This document shows positions 8,538 through 18,576 of a stretch of 32,000 nt of DNA, one piece after another. Location of the stretch: positions 1,170,001-1,202,000 of the forward strand of contig NC_000917.1 in the NCBI RefSeq assembly GCF_000008665.1, in the 5' to 3' direction. Source of the DNA: Archaeoglobus fulgidus DSM 4304 (lineage in GTDB: Archaea; Halobacteriota; Archaeoglobi; Archaeoglobales; Archaeoglobaceae). Under the pieces are notes generated by a model. That model was not told the DNA's origin, did no database searches, and saw only the letters and a list, made by a program, of their open reading frames with translations. The position numbers were made by a program, and so were the translations under genes. Each line of letters opens with the position of its first letter. The first letter of the stretch is position 1.

Positions 8538-9122
8538 ATGAAACGCTACATCCTTCTTCTGATACTTGCCGCCATCCTTCCGCTCTGCCTGCAGAGCGGA
8601 GAGCAGAATGCCGGAAGTGTGGAGAAGCTGAACTACACCATCAAGGGCTGTGGAGCTGAGAAGGTCGCTGAATACGGTGTTGAAGGCTACGAGTTTGTTG
8701 GTAGCAACCTCACAGTCCACATAATGAGAAACTGCTGCAGCGATGAGATTCTCGTGGAGAAATCCGAAAACGAATACAGAATCGTCGAGAAGGACAATGA
8801 CGGGGAAATATGCAAGTGCAACTGCATGAGCACGGTGGAGATATACGACGTCAGAGAGAAGGACTTTAAGGTCACCTTCACAGACTTTAACGGCGAAACC
8901 AAGGAAATCAAATCCCTTGAGGAGGAGTTTTGTGGATGGTCAACCTACGCTGAGTGCAAGAGCGATGCTGATTGCAAAGCGGCGGGATGCTCAGGGCAGG
9001 TTTGTGCTGGAGTTGGAGAGCAGATCGTCACGACCTGCGAGTGGAGGGAGTGCTTCGATGCTGCGAAGTACGGAATGAGATGCGGCTGCATCAACAATCA
9101 GTGCCAGTGGGCACAAAGTTAA
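8538..9122 (+). CDS. Secreted, cysteine-rich hypothetical protein with signal peptide
   Basis: 194-aa ORF: MKRYILLLILAAILPLCLQSG signal, then at least a dozen cysteines in the mature region. Confidence 0.7.
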   Translation: MKRYILLLILAAILPLCLQSGEQNAGSVEKLNYTIKGCGAEKVAEYGVEGYEFVGSNLTVHIMRNCCSDEILVEKSENEYRIVEKDNDGEICKCNCMSTVEIYDVREKDFKVTFTDFNGETKEIKSLEEEFCGWSTYAECKSDADCKAAGCSGQVCAGVGEQIVTTCEWRECFDAAKYGMRCGCINNQCQWAQS

Positions 9123-9146
9123 TTTTTCCTTCACCAACTTAAGGGC

Positions 9147-9698
9147 ATGAAAATCTACGTGATATACAACTACGGCCAGTACAACCACCTCATCCACAGA
9201 ACTCTCAGGGACTTGGGAGTGGAAACGAAGCTTGTGGAGAACACCACACCCGTTGAGCAGCTTAAGGATGTGGACGGGCTTGTGATTGGTGGTGGGCCAT
9301 CCCTCGACAGAACGGGGAACTGCGAGCTTTATCTCAAAGAGCTTGACGTTCCAATGATTGGAATCTGCCTCGGTCACCAGCTCATGGCCAAGGTTTTTGG
9401 CGGTGAGGTTGGAAAGGGCTCGATGGGAGGTTATTCGGAGGTTAAGGTCAGGATTGTTGAGGACGACGAGCTTTTTGAGGGGATTCCGAGAGAAATTACG
9501 GTGTGGGCAAGCCACATGGACGAGGTAAAAAAGCTGCCTGAGGGATTCAAGAGGCTTGCCGAATCGGACATCTGCAAGATTGAGGCGATGAGGCACGAGA
9601 AGAAGCCACTCTATGGCGTGCAGTGGCATCCTGAGGTTTACCATTCCCAGTTTGGTGTGGAGCTTTACAGAAACTTCATCGAGATTTGCAAAAAGTAG
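9147..9698 (+). CDS. guaAA: GMP synthase glutamine amidotransferase subunit A
   Basis: 183-aa ORF with the class I GATase nucleophile motif GICLGHQL and C-terminal YGVQWHPEVYHS. Confidence 0.92.
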   Translation: MKIYVIYNYGQYNHLIHRTLRDLGVETKLVENTTPVEQLKDVDGLVIGGGPSLDRTGNCELYLKELDVPMIGICLGHQLMAKVFGGEVGKGSMGGYSEVKVRIVEDDELFEGIPREITVWASHMDEVKKLPEGFKRLAESDICKIEAMRHEKKPLYGVQWHPEVYHSQFGVELYRNFIEICKK

Positions 9699-10562
9699 TC
9701 AGCTCAGCCTCTCCCTCAGCCTGCAGAAAGCACACACGTCTCCGCTCGAAACCTCTCCGCAGATTTTGCAGTACTTAGTTTCCTCAAACTCCTCCGCTGG
9801 CCTTACTAATCCCCTGACGAAGTTCTTAACGAAGCCCGGCTTTCTCCTCTCGATGTCGTAAACAATTTCCTTCCACTCCGGATTTGGAGCGTGGGGACAC
9901 TCCATAAGAGTGTGGGGGATGTCATTAACCAGAACGTATAGCATGTTTTCTTTCTCGCTTACCTCGAAGAGAGGCTTTGCCCTTGTAACAATTTTCTCAT
10001 CAAAGGGCTCGTTTCTCGGCATCAGCTTCTCCGCCCACACTCTCGTCCCGCCGGCAACGTTTTTGATGTAGAATGAAGCTATGTCCTCAGCCGTGTGGCC
10101 TGTGGCAACAACATCAAAACTATTCTCCCTCGCAAACCTGTTCATGATGTATCTCTTTGCAGTTCCGCAGGCTGAACAGGTTTTTCTCCTCATTTTCCTC
10201 GCAACATCATCAACGGTGAAGCCGTAGTCCCTCAGCCTCACCACGTTAAGGCTGAGGTCAAGACTGGATGAAAGCTCCCTCACAACCCTCTCCGACTCTT
10301 CAGAGTAGTTGCCAATTCCAAGGTCGATGTAGAGCAGCTCAGCATCGTAGTCGAGTTCCTTCAAAACTGCAGCCAGTGCAGAGCTGTCCTTTCCCCCCGA
10401 AATCGCTATCAGCACCCTCTCCTCTGGCCTGAGAATCCTGAACCTCTTTATGCTCCTTTTAACGAGATTTCTGTAAAATTCTGGGTAGCACTTTTCGCAG
10501 AGAGCTATGCCGTAGGCTTTAAGATTCGCTACAGCCTTTCTTCCGCACTTTTTGCACTTCAT
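9699..10562 (-). CDS. PP-loop tRNA thiolation ATPase, TtuA/Ncs6-like
   Basis: 287-aa ORF: CxxC N-terminal zinc finger, SGGKDSSALAAVL PP-loop, internal CSACGTAKRY, C-terminal CKICGEVSSGDVCAFCR. Confidence 0.85.
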   Translation of the reverse strand: MKCKKCGRKAVANLKAYGIALCEKCYPEFYRNLVKRSIKRFRILRPEERVLIAISGGKDSSALAAVLKELDYDAELLYIDLGIGNYSEESERVVRELSSSLDLSLNVVRLRDYGFTVDDVARKMRRKTCSACGTAKRYIMNRFARENSFDVVATGHTAEDIASFYIKNVAGGTRVWAEKLMPRNEPFDEKIVTRAKPLFEVSEKENMLYVLVNDIPHTLMECPHAPNPEWKEIVYDIERRKPGFVKNFVRGLVRPAEEFEETKYCKICGEVSSGDVCAFCRLRERLS

Positions 10563-12064
10563 AAGAGACCCCTAATGTTCGGAATTGCTATTGACATCAG
10601 GATTGAGAAGAAGACGATGAAGGCGAAAAACTTGACGACCTTCATCGACATCTCTTCAGCCCTCTCACCATACCTCCTCGCCAGCAGCTTCGCAAAGACC
10701 TCGTGGAAAACTCTCCCGCCATCGAGAGGCACGGCTGGAAGGCAGTTGAAAAGGCCAACGTAGAAGTTAATCCACCCGACCCAGTAGAGTGTGTTCAGAA
10801 CCCAGAAAACCCACTGAGGCGCGACGAAGAGGGGCTCAAGTGCTTCTGTGAAGCCCTGAAACCTGAAGGGCATTGCGATGAGGTAAAGCCACCCTCCGAC
10901 GGACTTTATCAGCTCGGGAACGGATTTCAGCTCGTCGAGCATCGCCTTTGAGTGGAAGACGTTTATTCCATCAATGGAGTCAAAGGTGCTGACGTAAACG
11001 CCCAGAAATCCCTTCTCCCCTTTTCCAGCAAGCGTCACGTTGAAGGTTCTGAAGGTTCCGTTGTCGTAAACCTCAACGCTGACTCTCTGCCCCGGCTTCG
11101 TTTCCTGCATCTTCCTCTGAAAGTCCTCGTAGCCTGTAATTCGCGTCTCGTCTATTCTGACTATCAGCATCCCTGCTTTTATCCCCGCAAGCTCCGCGGG
11201 GAACTTCTCGCCATTTTCGGTGTAGAGGCCTATCACCTTCACGCCCATCACAGCCGGAACGCTCAGAATCCTGATTTCATCGCCATTCACAATCTTTATC
11301 TCCGCAATCTCCGCATTCTGCAATACCGCCTTCACGTCATCAACGCTGCTAACCTTCACTCCATTAACCTCAACAATCCTCCCCTCAACCACTCCGCTGT
11401 CGTTCACCGCAACAAGGGCGGGCTGAACTGTAGGGAGAAGGGAGAAGAAGAGTGCGAAGGCTATGAAGGCAACAGCAAAGTTGCTAACAACTCCAGCTGA
11501 GAAAATCCTGATTCTTGCAGAACTCTTTGTCCTTTCCTTATCCATAATTTCCTTCTCCTCCGGCTCGGCAAACCCGCCTATCGGGATGAGGGCGAGAATC
11601 ACGCCAAGCGATTTTACCGTCACACCCTCGACTCTGCAGAGGATGGCATGGCTGAACTCGTGGACGATTAGAGTTACAACAAGCCCTATCGTGCCCCACA
11701 CAATGGGAATGAAGGGATTAACGCCAGGCAAAAGCAGCGCAGCCCTCGGACTTGTCAGCTCAGACGGCTGGGGAGGACTTATGAGCATTATGTAATCCGC
11801 TATCAGAATGAGAGAGAACATGAAAACCATTCCAGCGAAGACCGCAGGCAGACCGAGGTCGGCAAAGAGCCTCCAGAATCTCTTCGGTCTTGAAAGCTTC
11901 TCAAGGAGTTCAAGCCCCTTTTTCGTTCTTATCATCAAAACTGGCCCGTAAGCGGTTATGTTGTATCTCTCAAGAGTTCCTCTTCTTCTCAGCCACTCAA
12001 CCAAGCCCCAGTAGGCTCCGAAGGCGATTAGTGCGTAGGCAATGGATTCAAGCTCGGTGGACAT
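10559..12064 (-). CDS. Site-2-protease-type M50 metalloprotease with a PDZ domain
   Basis: 501-aa ORF: HEFSHA active site, NCLPAVPLDGGRV motif, PDZ-like GVMVIGLYTEN...GIKAGMLIVRIDET. ATGA-type overlap with the downstream TtuA-like gene. Confidence 0.85.
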   Translation of the reverse strand: MSTELESIAYALIAFGAYWGLVEWLRRRGTLERYNITAYGPVLMIRTKKGLELLEKLSRPKRFWRLFADLGLPAVFAGMVFMFSLILIADYIMLISPPQPSELTSPRAALLLPGVNPFIPIVWGTIGLVVTLIVHEFSHAILCRVEGVTVKSLGVILALIPIGGFAEPEEKEIMDKERTKSSARIRIFSAGVVSNFAVAFIAFALFFSLLPTVQPALVAVNDSGVVEGRIVEVNGVKVSSVDDVKAVLQNAEIAEIKIVNGDEIRILSVPAVMGVKVIGLYTENGEKFPAELAGIKAGMLIVRIDETRITGYEDFQRKMQETKPGQRVSVEVYDNGTFRTFNVTLAGKGEKGFLGVYVSTFDSIDGINVFHSKAMLDELKSVPELIKSVGGWLYLIAMPFRFQGFTEALEPLFVAPQWVFWVLNTLYWVGWINFYVGLFNCLPAVPLDGGRVFHEVFAKLLARRYGERAEEMSMKVVKFFAFIVFFSILMSIAIPNIRGLL

Positions 12065-12134
12065 TGTATTAAATAAGGGAGGTCACAATAAAAGCTTTGA
12101 GGTAAAAATTTATAGAATCCACACAACTAAAATC

Positions 12135-13508
12135 ATGAGCTTTCCCAATGGGAGCGATGCTGAGGGAGTGCTGAAGAGGCTTGAAGACTACGCTAAGAAC
12201 GATTTTGAGCCGCACAGCAGGAGAATGTGGGGACACATCTACTACGCCGGGCTTAAGGATGTTGTTGAGCTTGCGAGGAAGGCCTATTTAATGTACATGG
12301 ATAAGACTATGCTCGACTTTACCTGCTTTCCGAGCCTTCTGAGGATGGAGAGGGAAGTTGTGCGAATGGCTTCATCATTGCTGAATGGGGACGAGGAGGT
12401 TGTGGGAAACTTCACCTACGGTGGGACTGAGAGCATAATGCTTGCCCTAAAGGCGGCAAGAGAGAAGTTCAGGAAGGAGGAAGGGGGAAATGTCGTCCCC
12501 GAAATCGTTCTGCCCGCAACGGCCCATCCTGCCTTCTGGAAGAGTGCCGAGTATCTTGGAATGAGGTGCTTGAGGGCGAAGCTCGATGATGAGCTGAGAG
12601 CTGATGTGGAGACTGTGAAGGAGCTTGTTGGTGATAAGACGGCCATGATTGTCGGCTCAGCCCCAAACTACCCCTTTGGCGTTGTTGATGACATTAAAGC
12701 CCTCTCTGACATTGCGGTTGACGGGAAACTCTGGCTGCACGTCGATGCATGCCTTGGAGGCTTTCATCTCCCCTTCTTCAGGGAGCTTGGAGAGAAAATC
12801 CCGGATTTCGATTTCAGCGTTGAGGGAGTGCACTCAATTTCAGCGGACTTCCACAAGTACGGATTGTCGCCGAGAGGGGCTTCTGTGATTCTCTACAGGA
12901 ATGCTAAGCTCAGAGAGGGGCAGATTTTTGTTATGGCCTCATGGCCGGGCTATCCTCTCGTAAACACCGCTGTGCTCTCAACCCGCTCTGCGGGAACGCT
13001 CGCAGCAGCGTGGGCGGTTATGAGCTACCTCGGTTTTGACGGCTACCTGAAACTTGCAAAGAAAACGCTCTACGCAAAGAAAAGGCTGATAGATGGGCTT
13101 ACAGAGCTTGGGCTGGAGCTGCTTGGCAGTCCAGAGGGGGCGGTTTTAGCATTTACCTCTGAGAGGCACAACCTCTTCAAAGTGAGCACTCTCATGGCTG
13201 AGAAAGGGTGGTATGTGCAGTCGCAGCCCGGCTCCAAGAAACTGGGCTTTCCGAGGAGTCTGCACTTCTCGGTAATTCCGGGCCATGCGGAGGTTGTTGA
13301 CGAGTTTCTTGAGGACATGAGGGAGGTGCTGCCAGAGTGCGAGTGCAGCTATCCAGAAATGTCGTCCTTTGACGTTTCAAAGCTCAAATTCGGTGAGGAT
13401 GGACTGCCAGAAGATTCAGAGCTTATTTCAGAGCTAATCCACTCCATGCCGCCTGAGATTGTTGAGAGCGTGTTCAAGCAATTCATCAACGAGCTAATAT
13501 TCCGCTGA
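12135..13508 (+). CDS. Group II PLP-dependent decarboxylase/lyase (sphingosine-1-phosphate lyase-like)
   Basis: Frame 12042..13508. Most likely start is the ATG at 12135 (MSFPNGSDAEG), preceded by aaaatttatag. GGTESIMLALKAAR, LWLHVDACLGGFHLPF, SADFHKYGLSPRGASVILYR. Confidence 0.8.
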   Translation: MSFPNGSDAEGVLKRLEDYAKNDFEPHSRRMWGHIYYAGLKDVVELARKAYLMYMDKTMLDFTCFPSLLRMEREVVRMASSLLNGDEEVVGNFTYGGTESIMLALKAAREKFRKEEGGNVVPEIVLPATAHPAFWKSAEYLGMRCLRAKLDDELRADVETVKELVGDKTAMIVGSAPNYPFGVVDDIKALSDIAVDGKLWLHVDACLGGFHLPFFRELGEKIPDFDFSVEGVHSISADFHKYGLSPRGASVILYRNAKLREGQIFVMASWPGYPLVNTAVLSTRSAGTLAAAWAVMSYLGFDGYLKLAKKTLYAKKRLIDGLTELGLELLGSPEGAVLAFTSERHNLFKVSTLMAEKGWYVQSQPGSKKLGFPRSLHFSVIPGHAEVVDEFLEDMREVLPECECSYPEMSSFDVSKLKFGEDGLPEDSELISELIHSMPPEIVESVFKQFINELIFR

Positions 13509-15011
13509 GTTCAGCTTTCTGTAAACTTTTTTCAGCTTGCTGTAAAGCTCCTTGTAGTATTCGAAAAGCCTGTCGTAAACCTTTGCCTCCTCATCGTCGG
13601 GCTTGAAAACTCTGTCAACCTCGAACTTCGCTGCTGCACTTTCAAAGCTCTCCTCCCCCAGCCCAACCGCCGCCATTGTAGCCAAACCTCTCAACCCAGT
13701 TTCCTCAGGATGCTTTATCCTCCTCAGCGGCCTTCTAACGGCATTCGATATAATCTGACACCAGATGTCAAAAAGCGCCCCTCCCCCGACAATGCTCACC
13801 ATCTGCTGCGGAGCGGTCATCTTTTCCACATAGCCAAAGACCCACTTGATGTTCAATGCAACCCCCTCCATCATCGCCCTCAGAACCTCTTCCCTCCCGC
13901 TGTCGAGGCCCACGTTTACCAGCCCTCCCCTAACGTAGGGGTCGTCGATTGGAGCCCTCTCGCCGTAGAACCACGGCATGAATATCAGCTTTCCTGCAGG
14001 AGCCTTCTCCACAAGCTCCTTCACCAGCTCGTATTCTCCTTGAATGCCCACAAGCCTCATCGCCCACTCCAGAGCGCCTGCAGCAACTTCCTGTTCGGCA
14101 ATCAGCAAGTACTTCTCAGGAATGGCGCTCAGCAGGCTCCCTATAAAGTGGAAGATGTCAGTTTTTCTTTGTGGAATGTGGGCAGCAACCCAGTCACTCG
14201 TTCCGACGTAAATGTGGCACTCGTAGTCCTTCACCGCTCCAGAGCCAACGGCTGCAGCTGCAACGTCTCCAGAGCCAACCATTACCGGCACATCCCCCTC
14301 TAATCCAAATTCCTTCCTCACCTCAGGGCGAAGATAGCCGGCAATTTCTGTGCAGTTCTTTATCTCAGGGAAGAGCGAGGCTGACAAGGCATAATCTTTA
14401 AGGATGCTCTCAGACCACCTCGCCTTCCCTCCGCGGGTGTCTGCAAGCCATGTTAGGTGTGCTTCGTCGGGACTCGTAACAAAATTTCCGGTGGCTCTCG
14501 CAACCAAATATCCTCTAACGTCGAGCATCTTGAAGGTCTTGCCGAAAACATCCGGCTCATTCTCCCTGATCCAGACTATCTTTGAAATCGGGTCTTTACC
14601 CGTCCTCGACGGTGCTCCCCCCGTCAAACGCAGAAATTTGATTAGCTTGGTTAATGAGTAGCCCTGAATTTTAATCAAACCCTTCCACACGTCCTCAGGC
14701 AGTCCCGCAGCCCTTTCATCGAGCCACGTTATGATGTTCCTCAGCGCGTTGCCCTCTCCATCAACAGGCACAACCCCCGCCATGTGGGCGCCAAACACAA
14801 TGGCGTCGGGATTTGCTTTCTCAGCCAGAGGCTTGCAAACTTCAACAATACTGTTCCACAGCTTTTCCGGATCCTTCTCAGCCCAGTGCTTTTTCGGATA
14901 CTCCACAACAGCCCTTGTTGATTGAGTACTCTCAGCCTCAAAATTTTCGGTGCTAACAATCCCGGCTTTAATGGAGGTGGTCCCAACATCAACTGCAAGA
15001 ATGGAGGCCAT
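13494..15011 (-). CDS. FGGY family carbohydrate kinase (xylulokinase-like)
   Basis: ILAVDVGTTSIKAGIV N-terminus, GSGDVAAAAVGSGA, IVGGGALFDIWCQIISN. Start most likely at the second Met (MASILAV). Confidence 0.85.
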   Translation of the reverse strand: MASILAVDVGTTSIKAGIVSTENFEAESTQSTRAVVEYPKKHWAEKDPEKLWNSIVEVCKPLAEKANPDAIVFGAHMAGVVPVDGEGNALRNIITWLDERAAGLPEDVWKGLIKIQGYSLTKLIKFLRLTGGAPSRTGKDPISKIVWIRENEPDVFGKTFKMLDVRGYLVARATGNFVTSPDEAHLTWLADTRGGKARWSESILKDYALSASLFPEIKNCTEIAGYLRPEVRKEFGLEGDVPVMVGSGDVAAAAVGSGAVKDYECHIYVGTSDWVAAHIPQRKTDIFHFIGSLLSAIPEKYLLIAEQEVAAGALEWAMRLVGIQGEYELVKELVEKAPAGKLIFMPWFYGERAPIDDPYVRGGLVNVGLDSGREEVLRAMMEGVALNIKWVFGYVEKMTAPQQMVSIVGGGALFDIWCQIISNAVRRPLRRIKHPEETGLRGLATMAAVGLGEESFESAAAKFEVDRVFKPDDEEAKVYDRLFEYYKELYSKLKKVYRKLNSAEY

Positions 15012-15100
15012 CAATAATATTGAGTTGCAAAATATTTATAATTTTCTACAATTAACGACTCAGGTTTAAAGCTTTAATACTCCAGCGAAGATTAGGGGCA

Positions 15101-16216
15101 ATGCTCAGGCTCATACTTTCGGGATTCTTTGCCTACGCCTCGCTTAGCTGCGTCATTCCAATCATCCCCTCCTACGCCTCCTCACTTGGAGCTTCCGTCT
15201 TTCTCTCAGCTTTTGCTGCTGGAGTCTTCGCTTTATTTCCCGCAATAGCCATGACACCCTTCGGTATGCTGAGCGAGGTTTACGGGAGGAGGCGTTTTCT
15301 TGTTGCAGGGGCAGTTACAAGCCTTCTTGCATCTCTGCTCTATCTGCAATCCAGCACTGCAGAACTTCTCGTTTTTTCGAGGACTCTACATGGCTTGGGG
15401 AGTGCCCTCTACATCCCCTCCATCAATGCATTGGTTGCTGACATCTCAGAGGAGAGCAGAAGGGGAGAGGCCATGGGGAAGCTGCAAACCGCATTGATGC
15501 TCGGATTCTTTGCCGGCCCGCTTGCAGGGGGTTTTGTTTCGGATTTCTTTGGTGTTAAGGCAGTCTTCCTGCTCGCTCTGGTCTTTTCTGCTGCAGCACT
15601 TGTTCCTGTTGTTGGGGTGAGGGAAAGGAGCAAGGGCGGGGAGATTGGAAAGCAGTTCATCTTTCCGAGAAAGCTTGCCCCGCTGTTTGCGGTGATGTTT
15701 GTGGGAATGGCGACCGGCTCTTCTCTTGCACTCTTCGCCATTCCATTCTACGCTCCAGAGCTTAACATATCCCAGCAGCAGGCAGGATTGCTTGTTGCTG
15801 TGCTTTTCCTCTTCTCAGCCATCATTAGAGTTCCCGCAGGGATACTGGCAGACAGGGCTGGAAGAAATGTTACCGCCCTTTTGGGGATGGTAGTCACAGG
15901 CTTGGGGCTTTTTTCCGCATTTAAGCCCGATTTTCCCTTCCTGTTTCTCGCCTCTCTGCTCTGCGGCGCAGGAAACGGCATTGTGAACACTGCAGTCTTT
16001 GCCGCAGCCTCCGACTACGAGAACAGGGGGTATGCGATGGGCGTGGCGAACACAGTCCTCAACGCAGGAATTTTCGCTGGAACAACCTTGGCCGGATTTA
16101 TGGCAGGATTTCTCAGCTTTCAGAGCATGATGCTGATTCTTGCCGCAGCAACTCTGCTCTTCTCCCCTATATCACTATCGAAAGGCTTTGGCAGCATCTC
16201 TGAGGTTGAGAGATAA
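15101..16216 (+). CDS. MFS transporter
   Basis: 371-aa ORF with about 10-12 hydrophobic segments and MFS signatures (GMLSEVYGRRRFLV, GPLAGGFVSD, GILADRAGRNVT). Confidence 0.85.
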   Translation: MLRLILSGFFAYASLSCVIPIIPSYASSLGASVFLSAFAAGVFALFPAIAMTPFGMLSEVYGRRRFLVAGAVTSLLASLLYLQSSTAELLVFSRTLHGLGSALYIPSINALVADISEESRRGEAMGKLQTALMLGFFAGPLAGGFVSDFFGVKAVFLLALVFSAAALVPVVGVRERSKGGEIGKQFIFPRKLAPLFAVMFVGMATGSSLALFAIPFYAPELNISQQQAGLLVAVLFLFSAIIRVPAGILADRAGRNVTALLGMVVTGLGLFSAFKPDFPFLFLASLLCGAGNGIVNTAVFAAASDYENRGYAMGVANTVLNAGIFAGTTLAGFMAGFLSFQSMMLILAAATLLFSPISLSKGFGSISEVER

Positions 16217-16768
16217 AAGATACTGCTTCAAGTCCCTTTTCAGGGCTGAAACTTCCCCCTTTTTAGCGCAGACTGGATAAATAACGTGCCTCCATTTTTC
16301 CCACGGCGGTTGCATCCCCAGCATCTCGGCAATTTTGTTGAGATTGGTGATATCATCAACCTTATCCATTTTATTGGCTGCAAGAAAGACTCTCGGTGTG
16401 ACATCATTCAGAAACTCGAACATCTCTATCTCAACGGGGATGTATCCTCTTTTTTCCCACCTCTCAGCAATTTCGAGAAAGGAGCTTGCGTCGATAACCT
16501 CGACTGACGCAACTATTCTCCTTGCATTGGTTTCGATGTACTCAACAACGAAATCCTTCACCCTCTCGCTGAAGTTTCTGCTGTAGCCGCTCACGTAGCC
16601 GAATCCGGGCAAATCGGTGAAAATTACACTTCCAACCTGAAAGGAGTTCGGTCTGATGGTCGTTCCGGGCTTTTTTCCCTTCCTGACCTCGAATTTGAAG
16701 AGGGCTGAGAATAAGGTTGACTTTCCAACGTTTGACCTGCCTGCGAATATGACCTCCTTTACTTTCAT
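16175..16768 (-). CDS. engB: EngB family GTP-binding protein
   Basis: AGRSNVGKSTLF Walker A, TRPNSF, DLPGFGY G3, ANKMDKVDD G4. Confidence 0.9.
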   Translation of the reverse strand: MKVKEVIFAGRSNVGKSTLFSALFKFEVRKGKKPGTTIRPNSFQVGSVIFTDLPGFGYVSGYSRNFSERVKDFVVEYIETNARRIVASVEVIDASSFLEIAERWEKRGYIPVEIEMFEFLNDVTPRVFLAANKMDKVDDITNLNKIAEMLGMQPPWEKWRHVIYPVCAKKGEVSALKRDLKQYLLSLNLRDAAKAFR

Positions 16769-16804
16769 GTTAAGGCTTGGTGGTGAGGGTTTATGACCCT
16801 TGAG

Positions 16805-17084
16805 TTATATCCAGCCCAGAATGCCGCCGAAGATTGCAAGCATCGCAGCATCGAAGGATAGGATTGCTCCAGCCGTAATAGCCTGCTTTCTCACCGATTC
16901 CATGTCGTAAATCCAGTATGCGGCGAGGAAGAAGGGCAGGTAGCCGATGAGGAAGATTAGCACAGGCATTGGCATTCCAACATGGATACTCCCAGGTTAG
17001 GACACCAGCTGTATTGAGAATGATTTCAACAGCCACGCATGCTGCCGAAAGCACGATGGCGTAGAAAAGCCTGTTTGGGACCAT
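16805..17084 (-). pseudogene. Small membrane protein split by an apparent frameshift
   Basis: Frame A: MVPNRLFYAIVLSAACVAVEIILNTAGVLTWEYPCWN. Frame B (+1): MPMPVLIFLIGYLPFFLAAYWIYDMESVRKQAITAGAILSFDAAMLAIFGGILGWI*, ending at 16805. The track ORF instead runs out of frame as a non-membrane, Arg/Cys-rich tail. Confidence 0.75.
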
Positions 17085-17214
17085 TGAAACTGTCCCGCAT
17101 CCCTCAAAATCGCCAGAGCCTGCATGGCAGTGGGCATGCTGTGTTCTGGCATCGTGTATTTTTAAACTTTTCGAAAATGTAAAAATTTATTAATATCTCC
17201 GCTCAACACCCTCC

Positions 17215-18576
17215 GTGAAGGACGTGCTCATTGTTGGCGCTGGTGTAACGGGAAGCTTCATCGCAAAGGAGCTTTCAAAGTACCACCTCGACGTTGTGGT
17301 TGTTGAGAGGAAGTCCGGCCCCGGCCTCGACCAGACGAAGGGCTGCTCTGGGATAATTCATCCCCTCCAGCTCCCCTTCGGCTCATTAAAAAGCAAGCTC
17401 TGCCTTAAGGGCAACGCAATGATGGATGCGGAGGCTGAGGAGCTCGGCTTCACCTTCAAGAGGGTAGGGCTAATTCTCGTTGCTACCAACATCATAACCT
17501 TCCTTGCAATTCCCCTCATCCAGCTTTACTTCAGGCTAAACGGAGTGGTTTCGAAAAGGCTGGGCAAGAAAAAGGTTCTTGAAATGGTTCCCAATTTGAG
17601 GGAGGACATCTGGGGCGGACTCTTCCTCCCGACTGCTGGAGTTGTCAATCCTGTCGAGATGACAGCATCAGCAATAAGGTTTGCGAAGGCAAACGGCGTT
17701 GAGGTTCACTACGACTGTGAAGTTGTTGGTATTGAGAGGAAAGGAGAGGGATTCATTGTTAAAACAACCAAGGGCGATTTTGAGGCGAGATGCGTCATAA
17801 ACTGTGCGGGCCTTTACGCTGACGAGATTGCGAAAATGGTTGGCTACGAGATGACCATCACACCGGGAAAGGGAACGCACATAGTTTTTGCCGAGAGGGG
17901 CTTCTCAAACCACCTCACCGTCGCAATCCCCCTCAAGCCCAATAAGAGGACGAAGGGGGGAGGAGCGCTCATAGGCTTCGACGGAAAGCCGCTCTGGGGG
18001 CCCAATTTGATTGACGTGGAAAGCAAGGAGGACACCTCCGTAAAGAAGGAGGAGATTGAGGGCATAATCGAGAAGTTCTCCCCCCTCTTCACGAGGAAGC
18101 CTGAAGGTGTCGTAGCCTTCTACGCTGGTCTGAGGTCGATTGCAGGGACTGACTTCGTAATCAACCAGCCCGTTGAGGGATTCATCAACGTTGCAGGCAT
18201 TCAGAGCCCCGGACTGACTGCTGCTCCGGCCATCGCCGAGATGGTAATTGAAATGCTGTCATCAAGGTTTGAGCTTAGGAGAAAGGAGGAGATTAAAAGG
18301 CCGGAGTGGATTAGGCTGGCCGAGCTGGATGAGGATGAAGTGAGGAAGGCTATAGAGGAAAATGAGGATTTCGGAGAGATAGTCTGCCTTTGCAACATGG
18401 TCAGCAAAGCTGAGATTTTGAGGGCGGTAGAGGAGGGAGAGTGCTTTGATACTGTAAGGCACCTCACGTGGGCGGGAATGGACTGCTGCAAGTGCCATGC
18501 CGAGATCATGCAGCTAATAGAGGAGAAGACTGGAAAGGCGAGGAAGGAGATTGAGGGAAGTGATATTGTATGGTAG
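17215..18576 (+). CDS. GlpA-like FAD-dependent glycerol-3-phosphate dehydrogenase with a C-terminal BFD-like [2Fe-2S] domain
   Basis: GAGVTGSFIAKELSKYHLDVVVVERK FAD motif; C-terminal CLCNMVS...CGMDCCKCHAEI cysteine arrangement typical of GlpA. Confidence 0.85.
   Translation: MKDVLIVGAGVTGSFIAKELSKYHLDVVVVERKSGPGLDQTKGCSGIIHPLQLPFGSLKSKLCLKGNAMMDAEAEELGFTFKRVGLILVATNIITFLAIPLIQLYFRLNGVVSKRLGKKKVLEMVPNLREDIWGGLFLPTAGVVNPVEMTASAIRFAKANGVEVHYDCEVVGIERKGEGFIVKTTKGDFEARCVINCAGLYADEIAKMVGYEMTITPGKGTHIVFAERGFSNHLTVAIPLKPNKRTKGGGALIGFDGKPLWGPNLIDVESKEDTSVKKEEIEGIIEKFSPLFTRKPEGVVAFYAGLRSIAGTDFVINQPVEGFINVAGIQSPGLTAAPAIAEMVIEMLSSRFELRRKEEIKRPEWIRLAELDEDEVRKAIEENEDFGEIVCLCNMVSKAEILRAVEEGECFDTVRHLTWAGMDCCKCHAEIMQLIEEKTGKARKEIEGSDIVW

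Noticed and set aside
12042-12134. N-terminal extension of the group II decarboxylase ORF overlapping the divergent M50 protease start
   Set aside because: The extension contains the probable TATA box (aaatttatag). Start at 12135 is more plausible.
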